A stretch of 64,000 nucleotides of DNA, taken from positions 17,083-81,082 of the IMG/VR virus record IMGVR_UViG_3300020045_001640; one strand, 5' to 3'. Source of the DNA: a virus (Duplodnaviria > Caudoviricetes). The position numbers and the translations under genes were made by a program. Shown one piece after another: positions 53,607-62,137 of the stretch (the first letter of the stretch is position 1; each line of letters begins with the position of its first letter). Below the pieces are notes generated by a model. The model ran no database searches. It saw only the letters and a list, made by a program, of their open reading frames with translations, and was not told the DNA's origin.

Positions 53607-54335
53607 ATGAAACAAGTACAACAAACCAAGAAGCAAGTAGAGTCCTACATGGACATGTTCTCCGATGAGATACAAGTTCAGTATTTTCCCGCTAAACACG
53701 GAACGTATAAAGCAAATCTGTTCGGGCCTATCACATCACCTTCGCAGTTCTCGCAGATTGTGACTGTTCTAGAAATTATGAAGGAAGATGACGACCTCGT
53801 TTTGTATTTGTCTTCTGGGGGTGGAAGCCTTGGAGCAGTAGATTCATTGCTGCACGCTATGCGTAAGACAGAAGGTACAATTCATTGCGTGTGTACTGGC
53901 GACGTATCGAGTGCTGCCACTTTTGTGCTCCTTGAATCGGATAGCTTCGAGTTGTCTGATGGTTTTGAGGCAACACTGCATTGCGGATCGCTTGGGTACG
54001 GGGGTAACTACAACGAGGTGGCTACAAGCGCACCGTTCCAGCTTCAGCATATGCAAAGTTTCCTTCGTCGGGCGTATGAAGGCTTCATTGATGAAGAACG
54101 CTTGGAAGCCCTTTTCAAAGGCCAGGATATTCTTCTGAACGCGGAACAATGGATGGAGTGTGCAGACGCTCGGCAGAAGTACTTTCAGGCTAAGTATGAA
54201 GCACAACAGGCAGCAGAACAAGCCGCTTTGGAAGCCATGCAGCAGGAGCACACATCTAAGCCACGCCCTCAGAAGCGTCCTCTCAGCCTTGGCAAATTGA
54301 ATGCTGTACAGGGGCCACAAAATGTTGTAGAATAG
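53607..54335 (+). CDS. ClpP-like serine protease
   Basis: LYLSSGGG, VSSAAT (Ser), TLHC (His). Confidence 0.8.
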   Translation: MKQVQQTKKQVESYMDMFSDEIQVQYFPAKHGTYKANLFGPITSPSQFSQIVTVLEIMKEDDDLVLYLSSGGGSLGAVDSLLHAMRKTEGTIHCVCTGDVSSAATFVLLESDSFELSDGFEATLHCGSLGYGGNYNEVATSAPFQLQHMQSFLRRAYEGFIDEERLEALFKGQDILLNAEQWMECADARQKYFQAKYEAQQAAEQAALEAMQQEHTSKPRPQKRPLSLGKLNAVQGPQNVVE

Positions 54336-54345
54336 AAGCTAGACA

Positions 54346-54378
54346 TGGCCCTCCCAACGTGTTGTTGGGAGGGCTTAT
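54346..54378 (+). terminator. rho-independent terminator
   Basis: GCCCTCCCAAC-GTGTT-GTTGGGAGGGC then TTATT. Confidence 0.8.
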
Positions 54379-54395
54379 TAGTTTAAGGGGAATGT

Positions 54396-54602
54396 ATGAG
54401 AGCACCAGAACAAATTGAAATAGCACGAGAAGCACTGCTACAGCTTGCACGTAATACAATTCAAAACAATCAAGACTGCTTCGTTGCAAATTGGGTGATG
54501 CAGAATCCTACAGAACTGCTCTCAGACTACAAACTGTGCCACAAGACAGATTGGTGCGCTGAAGGTAGCCCGACAGAGTTCTGGATTGAGAAGAAGCTAT
54601 GA
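54396..54602 (+). CDS. hypothetical protein
   Basis: Coupled ORF. Confidence 0.6.
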   Translation: MRAPEQIEIAREALLQLARNTIQNNQDCFVANWVMQNPTELLSDYKLCHKTDWCAEGSPTEFWIEKKL

Positions 54603-54793
54603 AGGAAATCTTCCTAGTAATCTCCACAACACCAAGTGGAGAGAAGAATATTGTATCAACATATCTTGACGACATTGACCTTCGTGTTGATGTGTTCTTT
54701 ACGTTGGAGAGTGCTATGCAATTGCAGAAGGAGATGTATGAATTTTATAAGAGGGATGGGATGCATTATGATGTTAAGAGGGTGGAGCTATGA
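54599..54793 (+). CDS. hypothetical protein
   Basis: ATGA overlap. Confidence 0.6.
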   Translation: MKEIFLVISTTPSGEKNIVSTYLDDIDLRVDVFFTLESAMQLQKEMYEFYKRDGMHYDVKRVEL

Positions 54794-54975
54794 GCTTTCC
54801 TAAAGATCGTATGAACAAGGAAATCACTCTTGGCTGCAAAGTGCTCCGTGCCGTCGCACGAGACAGCAGCGCGCATCTCTACCTCTGTACAGTGACTAAG
54901 GTGGAAGGTGACAAAGTATGGCTTGACAATAGCAAGACAGCTATCATTTATAATGAAAGGTTGGTGGTTGTGTGA
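54790..54975 (+). CDS. hypothetical protein
   Basis: ATGA overlap. Confidence 0.6.
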   Translation: MSFPKDRMNKEITLGCKVLRAVARDSSAHLYLCTVTKVEGDKVWLDNSKTAIIYNERLVVV

Positions 54976-55145
54976 AACAACGCTGTGAATGCCATTTAAA
55001 CACGCTCTAAGGCACCTACAAGGCGTTTAAATTGTCTGGATGTCAAAGCATACCAACTATGTAGTAGAAACGCTTAGAAGCCCGCTCTTGAGAATACTTG
55101 AGAAGCGGGCTTTGTTACGTCTGGAGGTGAGTGTTGTTAGAAGTC

Positions 55146-55174
55146 TTGACAGAACACACATAAGAGTGTATAAT
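55146..55174 (+). promoter_or_regulatory. perfect-consensus sigma70 promoter
   Basis: TTGACA-17bp-TATAAT, preceded by a terminator hairpin AAGCCCGCT...AGCGGGCTT. Confidence 0.85.
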
Positions 55175-55199
55175 GCACACTCCACAACAGAGGAGTAAT

Positions 55200-55409
55200 A
55201 TGGTAGACAAGACAGTAGCACTAGAACTAAGAGCACAAGGCTTGACGTACAAGCAGATTGCAGCACAACTAGGGTGCAGTGAAACTTGGTGCCGGCATAA
55301 CCTACGGGGAGGTTTGAAGGGCGAGGTGAAGCCTACAGATGGTTTGTCTGTAAAGCTAAGTGCTATTGCTATTTTGGAAGAAGCGTTAATGAAGATTCGG
55401 GAGTTATAA
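55200..55409 (+). CDS. HTH protein, paralogous to the N-terminus of 6950..7639
   Basis: LRAQGLTYKQIAAQLGCSETWC; GAGGAG RBS. Confidence 0.75.
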   Translation: MVDKTVALELRAQGLTYKQIAAQLGCSETWCRHNLRGGLKGEVKPTDGLSVKLSAIAILEEALMKIREL

Positions 55410-55410
55410 A

Positions 55411-56025
55411 TTGTATATCTACGTTACTAAGTTCAGTAATCATCCGAACATGATTAAGATAGGTAAGAGTACTACACCAGTAGCAAGGACAGCTTGGTTA
55501 GTGAGGTCACATGGTGAAGTGATCAGCACAGATGTTTACAATGTTGGAGAAGGGTATTCAGAAGTAGAAAAGGATTTACACAAGAAATACGAAGCTTATA
55601 AAGCAAGTGGAGTTGTTGGTGACGGCTACACTGAGTTCTTCTTAGACTCCATTTCTGATAGCGTGTGCAAAGATTTAGAGGGATACTTAGGTGGTACATT
55701 CTTCAGTGGAGGTCAACTAAAGTCGTTAGCAAAGAAAGAGGAGATAAGATATTACCGACTGATGGCAAGGCTGTTTGGTTGTCGCTACTACAATGACTAT
55801 AACGGTGAAGAATATAAGCTCCCTGTAGGGCATATGGACGGTATTAGAATCATGCAATGTTTGGAACTTGGGTTTTCTAAAGATGAGGTAGCAAGGAAAT
55901 TTGTTGAGAGTAAAGTAACGCCTTGCTACACGACAGTAGGGCGTGTCAAAGCTGGCTACGAGTTATTCTTGAATGGAAGCACTCAATATAGGCTCCTTCA
56001 CCAACTGGTAAAAGAGTCTGCTTAG
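55411..56025 (+). CDS. T5orf172/GIY-YIG-like domain protein
   Basis: YIYV...IKIGKS...E..LH...DGYTEFF. Confidence 0.75.
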   Translation: MYIYVTKFSNHPNMIKIGKSTTPVARTAWLVRSHGEVISTDVYNVGEGYSEVEKDLHKKYEAYKASGVVGDGYTEFFLDSISDSVCKDLEGYLGGTFFSGGQLKSLAKKEEIRYYRLMARLFGCRYYNDYNGEEYKLPVGHMDGIRIMQCLELGFSKDEVARKFVESKVTPCYTTVGRVKAGYELFLNGSTQYRLLHQLVKESA

Positions 56026-56032
56026 AACATGG

Positions 56033-56058
56033 GCCACTGGAAGGTGGCCCTTTCTTTA
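56033..56058. terminator. terminator between convergent genes
   Basis: GGGCCAC-TGGAAG-GTGGCCC then TTTCTTT. Confidence 0.65.
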
Positions 56059-56700
56059 TGCGGCATTCTTTTGGTATTGCACTTGACGAGTGTTCCACTC
56101 AGACTCGTACCCTGTGAGGTTGCTTCCCCATTTCTTGATGTTGCGATGAATTGTGTTGCGATCATATTTGTGTTGGTCACTGAGGGCATCCAATGTCAAG
56201 CCCTTATTACGACCTTCGCACATTTGTTTGAGTTGGCTTGGCGGAATGCGGAGCTTTGCTCCCAGGACAGTGCCTTGCTTCTTTGTCCTATTAAGTCCGT
56301 TCAAGGTGCGCTCCACGATTGAGAGACGTTCGTCCTCAGCAAAGACAGCAAAGATTCCTAACATCATCTTACCTTTGGGTTGGCTCACAGGGTCTTTACC
56401 TATTTGGAGAATGTACACCTCTATCCCACGTTTAGTGAGGTCTTCCACGGTAGCCAAGCAATCTGACGCCCTTCTCGAAATACGGTCAACACGGCTGAAA
56501 ACCAAGGTATCACCCGCCACAGCTTCAGACACCATCTTAGAGAAGAATGGGCGGTCATTCGCCTTGATGGTGCCACTGGTTGCATGATCTTCATACCAGA
56601 CATCTACAGGCATACCAAGCTGCTGTTCAATAAGCTGTCGCTGATTCTCAGAGGTCTGACTGTCTCGGCTAACGCGCCCGTATCCGTAAGTGGTAGACAT
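56056..56700 (-). CDS. small serine recombinase (resolvase/invertase)
   Basis: YGRVS (catalytic Ser), SRVDRISR, C-terminal HTH; promoter TTGATC-17bp-TATGAT at 56762-56734. Confidence 0.9.
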   Translation of the reverse strand: MSTTYGYGRVSRDSQTSENQRQLIEQQLGMPVDVWYEDHATSGTIKANDRPFFSKMVSEAVAGDTLVFSRVDRISRRASDCLATVEDLTKRGIEVYILQIGKDPVSQPKGKMMLGIFAVFAEDERLSIVERTLNGLNRTKKQGTVLGAKLRIPPSQLKQMCEGRNKGLTLDALSDQHKYDRNTIHRNIKKWGSNLTGYESEWNTRQVQYQKNAA

Positions 56701-57374
56701 TTCTGTGCTCCTAAATTCGTTATCAATGAAAGTATCATAGACGTATTAGCTGCCGAGATCAACTATTTTGGGCAAAATTCTTGAAATTATTTTTCAGAGG
56801 TCACTCTATTGAGAATTGTCATGTGGTTGCAGGTTGGAAGTATTGAAGAGGGCTGTCATGGAAACTGGTAAATGACGCAAGTGTGGTTTAACGTGTGCCA
56901 CCACTGTATAAACGTACAGTACTTTGCCCTGTAAATATCTGTGACGACCGTCTATGAGACGCCTTCGCCCTCGTTATCGTCATACGTTCCCATGATAACT
57001 CTATCATTTCCCTCTGAATCCCTGCCCATTACCCTATCCGCTGCCCTATTCCATGCCATTCCTAGCCCTGTAACGCATTGCCAGTCCATTCCTATAGCTT
57101 ATGTTAGACCGCATCGAGCCTGTATTAGTTCCCTATCTGGCACTGATATGACACCCTATCATGTTGCCACAGTGCAATGGAATGATGCTTGACAGTGCTG
57201 TATAGGCGTACAGTCGCGGCGCTTGATAGTCGGCCTGTAGGTTGCTTTATGGAATGATCTGATTGTGCGCTAAGAAGAGACGCGTTGAGAAACTTAACCG
57301 TTAGGATACAGATAGGGATACTGACAATGGCACTACCAGCATACTATAGCCACAATAGATTAGCCACTGTATAG

Positions 57375-57449
57375 TTATCCACAGCTTATCCCCAGGCCAC
57401 TACAAGAGTTATCCACAGGACATAACACTTATCCACAGGGTTATCCACA
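57375..57449 (+). repeat. cluster of five co-oriented DnaA boxes
   Basis: TTATCCACA at 57375, 57409, 57429 and 57441; TTATCCCCA at 57386. Confidence 0.85.
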
Positions 57450-57700
57450 GGCGTACACATACGTCTATATACTCAAATGAATATAAAGAACTAACAATAC
57501 TGTGTGATATACGTATAAAGGAATGTAACAGGTGTACGGATAGCGGCCCTGTAAGGCGCTCGCTGTTGTTCTTGATGGCGTCATGCCAGTGTACTACATG
57601 CCCGCTGTATAGCATACCCCTGTTAAGCCTATAGAGACTCCCTAGCATGCTGCCCGTACGCCATGCAATAGGCTTGTATAAAGCGTCTCTATAATAGCGA

Positions 57701-57723
57701 AAGCCCTCGAATAGAGGGCTTCA
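57701..57723. terminator. bidirectional terminator ending the early leftward operon
   Basis: AAAGCCCTC-GAATA-GAGGGCTTT. Confidence 0.75.
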
Positions 57724-57741
57724 TTGTGTTGTTCTGTGTTG

Positions 57742-57927
57742 CTATGTATTGTGTACTTGCAAGTCTTTCATACCTTGCCAATAGTCTTGGAATGATGATT
57801 CTTGCCAGCTACAAACAAATGACTCATCTTTATTTTGTGGCGGCAAATTGCTATTGTGCCAGCCGTGCAAGGTTGCCGCGTATGTGGCCCATGATGCCCT
57901 TGCGAGTTGCTCCGATATTGTTTTCAT
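57742..57927 (-). CDS. hypothetical early protein
   Basis: TAATG overlap. Confidence 0.55.
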   Translation of the reverse strand: MKTISEQLARASWATYAATLHGWHNSNLPPQNKDESFVCSWQESSFQDYWQGMKDLQVHNT

Positions 57928-58112
57928 TATTCGCTCAGTTCTTTGATTGCTTGATGGTAAGCATTTTCTGCCTTTGCCAATTTATCCCTTGCTTGGAGCC
58001 ATTCGACACTATCCACACTGTACACACTGTACAGATTGTTTGCTTTGTCAAAAGCTTTCTGTGATGCTTTCTGGGCTTTTGCTGCTTTGTCCAGGTTGTT
58101 GAAGTTTTCCAT
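57927..58112 (-). CDS. hypothetical early protein
   Basis: AAGGGG RBS. Confidence 0.6.
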   Translation of the reverse strand: MENFNNLDKAAKAQKASQKAFDKANNLYSVYSVDSVEWLQARDKLAKAENAYHQAIKELSE

Positions 58113-58200
58113 TTTGTGCCCCTTGTTTGTATGTCTTAATTATAGCAGACACTTAGAACAATACAAGGATTATTTTTACTCTTTCTTTTGTTTGTGTACT

Positions 58201-58422
58201 TCATACTCTGTGCGCAGTATTGCCCCATATGTGCCGAGACGATATAAAAGAATCATCGTAAATCTCATTAATGCTTAACTCATCAATTGCTTCCCGTATA
58301 ATCTCTGATCGCTTATCGCCGTCACGATACATCTGTTGTTCTAACTCGATTAGTCGCAAGATGGCGAAACTATCAATGCCAAGTGTATCGCCTTCTGGTA
58401 ATACTACTTTATTCCTAGCCAT
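58201..58422 (-). CDS. possible ribbon-helix-helix DNA-binding protein
   Basis: ...KRSEIIREAIDEL. Confidence 0.45.
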   Translation of the reverse strand: MARNKVVLPEGDTLGIDSFAILRLIELEQQMYRDGDKRSEIIREAIDELSINEIYDDSFISSRHIWGNTAHRV

Positions 58423-58425
58423 GAT

Positions 58426-58653
58426 CTATTTCCCTTCAATGTTATCAAACGGCATCCGAAAGAACTCCTCTACGCCTTCTTTCCTAAGCTCTTCCGGCAT
58501 CCTTTCGATATGCTGCCGTACAGAATACCGAATAGCGCCAAGCGCATCGAAAGAGACGCTATCAAGCTTATTAGCTGCCCTGCTCGCTGATTTGAGTGTC
58601 TTATACAGCCTTGCTAATGGCTTGCCTGTTTTGATGTCGATGATTTTATACAT
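58426..58653 (-). CDS. hypothetical protein
   Basis: AAGGA RBS. Confidence 0.6.
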   Translation of the reverse strand: MYKIIDIKTGKPLARLYKTLKSASRAANKLDSVSFDALGAIRYSVRQHIERMPEELRKEGVEEFFRMPFDNIEGK

Positions 58654-58667
58654 GGCTTATTCCTTGC

Positions 58668-59189
58668 TCAAAAGTCTAGTGTACCGTGTCCGCCTTCGGA
58701 TGCCCTGGCAAGCTTAACAATTAATTGTATATCCCTTCCCGCTTGCATGTCCACTTCAGCCATCCAGCAATCATCAAGATTATGCAATTCTGAAGCATTG
58801 CCTAACCCTGTATGAATTTCATAAGGATCGTTGCCATCGGCTATGCATTCGGCAATGTCCTCTTCAGGCATCAAGAAACACTCCAGCATATTAGCATCAC
58901 AAGCATTATCTAACGCTTCCTGCTCGTGTGATGCCCAAATTGCACATACAGGGCCATGACAATGACCAATAAGCCAAAGGCGTACATTGTACGGATTGAC
59001 GCCGCAGCACTCACACCAATCATTTCCAGAACTCTCAGTAATTTCTTCCATCTTATGTTGAGCTTCTTTTGCAGAGGTTGCTTGCACAAGGACATACTGT
59101 GCTACTGCGGCGTCTACGTAGAAGTGTCCACCAGAGTTGTTCTGATGTGTTTCGTACCATTTCAGGTCAAGCGTTACTGTTTGTTTCAT
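58668..59189 (-). CDS. hypothetical two-domain early protein
   Basis: AGGAG RBS; QNNSGG...CECCG then NPYNVRLWLIG...; own promoter at 59244-59216. Confidence 0.7.
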   Translation of the reverse strand: MKQTVTLDLKWYETHQNNSGGHFYVDAAVAQYVLVQATSAKEAQHKMEEITESSGNDWCECCGVNPYNVRLWLIGHCHGPVCAIWASHEQEALDNACDANMLECFLMPEEDIAECIADGNDPYEIHTGLGNASELHNLDDCWMAEVDMQAGRDIQLIVKLARASEGGHGTLDF

Positions 59190-59215
59190 ATTATTCTCCT
59201 GTTGAATTAGAGTCT

Positions 59216-59244
59216 ATTGTAGGGAGGATGTTGAGGGCTGTCAA
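59216..59244 (-). promoter_or_regulatory. sigma70-like early promoter
   Basis: TTGACA-17bp-TACAAT. Confidence 0.75.
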
Positions 59245-59687
59245 GCATTACTTAGACTTTCCAGATAACGTATCGCCATGTGTAGACCTTGTATATCTGT
59301 ATTCTCAGAACTGTAGCACTCTTCCTCTGGAGGCATTCTGGAAAGGCGTACGTATAAAATGTCGTACTCAGCTTGAAGAACAGCAATTGCAACGCCGTAA
59401 TTCTTACCTTTTGGCTTCTTACTGTCACCGATAGCTCTGTTCTTGTTGTATAATGGTTTGTGCAGGTCTTGTATGAGCTGCTCATGTATCAAAGAATCAG
59501 CTTTGCTCAGACTCTCGAACACCTTCTCAACCACGAACGGTGCGGTAGTCAACACGTACCTATTCAAATCTGGGTTGTGCGAGTGCCCACTGTTTACATG
59601 GTCGATTCTAGCACCCTTACCACTTCCTACATACACTACTTTGTCATCAACGTCTTTTGCTACATACACATAATATTCTGAACTCAT
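59241..59687 (-). CDS. GIY-YIG endonuclease-like protein
   Basis: YYVY...VVYVGSGKGARI...E..LI....P.YN. Confidence 0.75.
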   Translation of the reverse strand: MSSEYYVYVAKDVDDKVVYVGSGKGARIDHVNSGHSHNPDLNRYVLTTAPFVVEKVFESLSKADSLIHEQLIQDLHKPLYNKNRAIGDSKKPKGKNYGVAIAVLQAEYDILYVRLSRMPPEEECYSSENTDIQGLHMAIRYLESLSNA

Positions 59688-59753
59688 ACATACCTTGTAA
59701 ATGATCTATACCCACTCGTGGTGGGTTTCTTTGTTTCTGTAAGTGATTTAATG

Positions 59754-60302
59754 CTAGAAGGGCTGGTCTAGAGCGTTCACTTCTTCAGTGTGTTTCCTCT
59801 TTGCTTCCTTGTAATCATCGTGACAGTAACAACGAGTGCCTAAGTGGAAGGTCTGAGAGCCATCAGGATTTATCTTAGGGATATCTTCCTGAAGCTCCTT
59901 AACTTCTACAACTGGCAGGATTTTAGCAGGTGGGGCATCAATCAGATTCTCTTTAGCTGGAGGCTCCACATACTCTTTCTTGATGCACTTGTAAATCTTT
60001 TCCAGTTTCAGTGTGTACGAGTTAGGCTTCCGTAATTTACCAATCATTCCACCTTTCTCGTACTCAATATAACCTTTCTCAACAAGCACATTGATAGCTG
60101 CGTCAACTGTACGCTCACTCATACAGCACCGATTAGCAATCGTAGCCTTAGAGGGATTGCACACCATCGTCGTAGAGTTAAGATGCCCACTCAGGCATAG
60201 CAACACAACATATTCTCTTGTGTCCAGATCACTGTTATCACCGTTTACATTTTCAAGTATGTACTTCGTCAACTCGAATTGACTTATCTTCTTCTGCGTC
60301 AT
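59754..60302 (-). CDS. winged-HTH replication initiator-like protein (HTH_36 type)
   Basis: VLLCL...CNPSKATIANRCCMSERTVDAAINVLVEKGYI. Confidence 0.65.
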   Translation of the reverse strand: MTQKKISQFELTKYILENVNGDNSDLDTREYVVLLCLSGHLNSTTMVCNPSKATIANRCCMSERTVDAAINVLVEKGYIEYEKGGMIGKLRKPNSYTLKLEKIYKCIKKEYVEPPAKENLIDAPPAKILPVVEVKELQEDIPKINPDGSQTFHLGTRCYCHDDYKEAKRKHTEEVNALDQPF

Positions 60303-60432
60303 TCATTTTCCCTTTTAGGAACTCTAAGTGTGCTTTCACACACAATGCTGCAAATGCACCTACACTTGCTGCCCCTTTTACGTTGTTGAACAAATCCGAT
60401 GTACCGGAATCCAGGTTGATTACAATTCTCAA

Positions 60433-60639
60433 TTAAAGCTCCTGTAATGCTTTGGTTAGTTTACGTCGCTTCACGATTTTACGAGCTTCCAATATCTTCT
60501 CCACCATCACAGTATGGCCTTGTTTCCGGTAGTGACTGAGTTGTTGAGTGATACGTGAGCATGGGCTTTCTTCCACAAAGTCAGCCAATTCTTCTACTGT
60601 ACACAGTTTATAGTCCATATTACTCCTATTAAAGACCAC
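60433..60639 (-). CDS. hypothetical protein (likely start ATG 60618)
   Basis: AGGAG RBS before MDYK; promoter at 60668-60640. Confidence 0.6.
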   Translation of the reverse strand: MVFNRSNMDYKLCTVEELADFVEESPCSRITQQLSHYRKQGHTVMVEKILEARKIVKRRKLTKALQEL

Positions 60640-60668
60640 ATTATAGCACTCATGTGAAGTCTTGTCAA
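60640..60668 (-). promoter_or_regulatory. perfect-consensus sigma70 promoter
   Basis: TTGACA-17bp-TATAAT. Confidence 0.85.
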
Positions 60669-60718
60669 TAGGGTTATGAACAAATAGTTGTATAAAGATA
60701 TGAAGTGTTGTTACATAC

Positions 60719-60810
60719 CGCAGAATACGTAGTGCTCTTTGTACGCAGATTATGTAGTCGTCTTTGTGCGCAGAATACGTAAGCTGCTTTGGGCGCAGAT
60801 GTTGCGTACA
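60719..60810. repeat. 25-bp-period direct repeats (iteron-like, 3 full copies + 1 partial)
   Basis: CGCAGA at 60719, 60744, 60769 and 60794; consensus CGCAGAwTAyGTA..(N)..CTTTG; AT-rich tract follows. Confidence 0.8.
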
Positions 60811-61252
60811 AACAGATAGGTGAATAAATAAAAGAATAGATATTGAAAAGAGCAGTCAACAACGCAAGTCAAGAACAACACATTCTTTCGTTGTTTGTAC
60901 TACGTACTATAATTTCTTCTGTGGACAACGGCGCTACGCTTGTTGTGTAAGTGCGTCTGTTCTCTAACATCTAAACCAAAGTCAAGAGCATGCGAACCTT
61001 TCGCTACGCTCAAGGCTGCGTCAGGCTACGCCTTCCTTGCACTGCGAGCCAGCTAACGCTGTCTCTTGTGTTCTTACATGTTGTGTGCCAAAGCTCTTGA
61101 CTCACCCATATTTTGTGCAAAGAAGCAAAGCTTCCTCACAGCATGGCCCAGCGGCCACGGAGCGTACATGAGCGCAGCGAATAACAAACAACAAAGCCAG
61201 CTTCAAGCTCCTGTCAAGGAACTATCCACTGGCTTAAGAATGATTCTTGACA

Positions 61253-61504
61253 CTATCCCTTGACATTACATCTATTCGGTCTCTTCCAAATTCCCCAGCC
61301 ATACGCAAACGTGCTGTCCCCATGCTTCTTACATTCTGGCACATTTGTCTTCCAGCGGAAATGTTTGCCCTGTGCCTTGCCGAGATAGTGACCCTCTCGT
61401 TTATTCCTACTCACACAACCTCCAATAAATAATCCTATCATGCCCCACGCTATCCCAAGAATACAATCCAGCATCCACCTTATAAGCAACTCCTCCATCT
61501 GCAA
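61253..61504 (-). CDS. membrane-anchored hypothetical protein
   Basis: One TM segment; CxxH/C motif. Confidence 0.5.
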   Translation of the reverse strand: MQMEELLIRWMLDCILGIAWGMIGLFIGGCVSRNKREGHYLGKAQGKHFRWKTNVPECKKHGDSTFAYGWGIWKRPNRCNVKG

Positions 61505-61564
61505 ACACCAAATCTACGAGTGTGCCATCAGGGACAGGCTGTATGCCGTTGTTGAGATTGTATT

Positions 61565-61864
61565 TCATTTAAAATACTCCCCACCAACACATTTCAGATA
61601 AACCATCTGACGAGCAACAGTAGGCTCAAAGCGCATTGTGTACACGTAACGAACAATACTTACAGTGTCACGCCTCACCATCGCATTGCTGTTTTCCTCA
61701 GCACGAGCTACAGCGGCTTCCTCACTAGCCCCATTGTGCATAGCTTCAGCAGTGGCTTGAGCAATACGCCCGATAATCATGCAGATATCATCTCGCTCGC
61801 CTGCAAAGACATTCGTGGAAGCAGCTAAGAGCAAGCCTGCGAAGATTGTTTTCATTGTGTTCAT
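61565..61864 (-). CDS. secreted/periplasmic protein with signal peptide
   Basis: MKTIFAGLLLAASTNVFA; two Cys. Confidence 0.65.
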   Translation of the reverse strand: MNTMKTIFAGLLLAASTNVFAGERDDICMIIGRIAQATAEAMHNGASEEAAVARAEENSNAMVRRDTVSIVRYVYTMRFEPTVARQMVYLKCVGGEYFK

Positions 61865-62136
61865 TTTGTTTCTCCTTGAGTCATTTCATCAATCTTAGCA
61901 AAGACAGCTTTCAGTGTCTCAGCATCACCAAACAACATGTATTGATCTTCTGCAAAGAATTTGTCAGTGATATCTTGGTCGTCACTGTCATTGTACACAC
62001 GGATGTCGCTACGTGAGAAGTTTGCAAGCACACCGCAAGAGTCATCCATTGCAATAGAGATTTCATAGCCCCTATAAGGAATCTTGCAGCAGGCCGATTT
62101 GTACATAGCTTTAGGTGCCCAAATTGGTGCGTTCAT
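61861..62136 (-). CDS. hypothetical protein
   Basis: AGGAG RBS before MNAP. Confidence 0.65.
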   Translation of the reverse strand: MNAPIWAPKAMYKSACCKIPYRGYEISIAMDDSCGVLANFSRSDIRVYNDSDDQDITDKFFAEDQYMLFGDAETLKAVFAKIDEMTQGETK

Positions 62137-62137
62137 T

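Noticed and set aside
56056-56700. Integrase or tail-fibre invertase system
   Set aside because: The protein lacks large-serine domains, and no inverted repeats flanking an invertible fibre segment were seen nearby.
60719-60810. 25-bp repeats as a mini-CRISPR or guide-RNA array
   Set aside because: The units are contiguous and degenerate with no unique spacers, and no cas or Nop-domain gene is seen. An iteron interpretation fits better.
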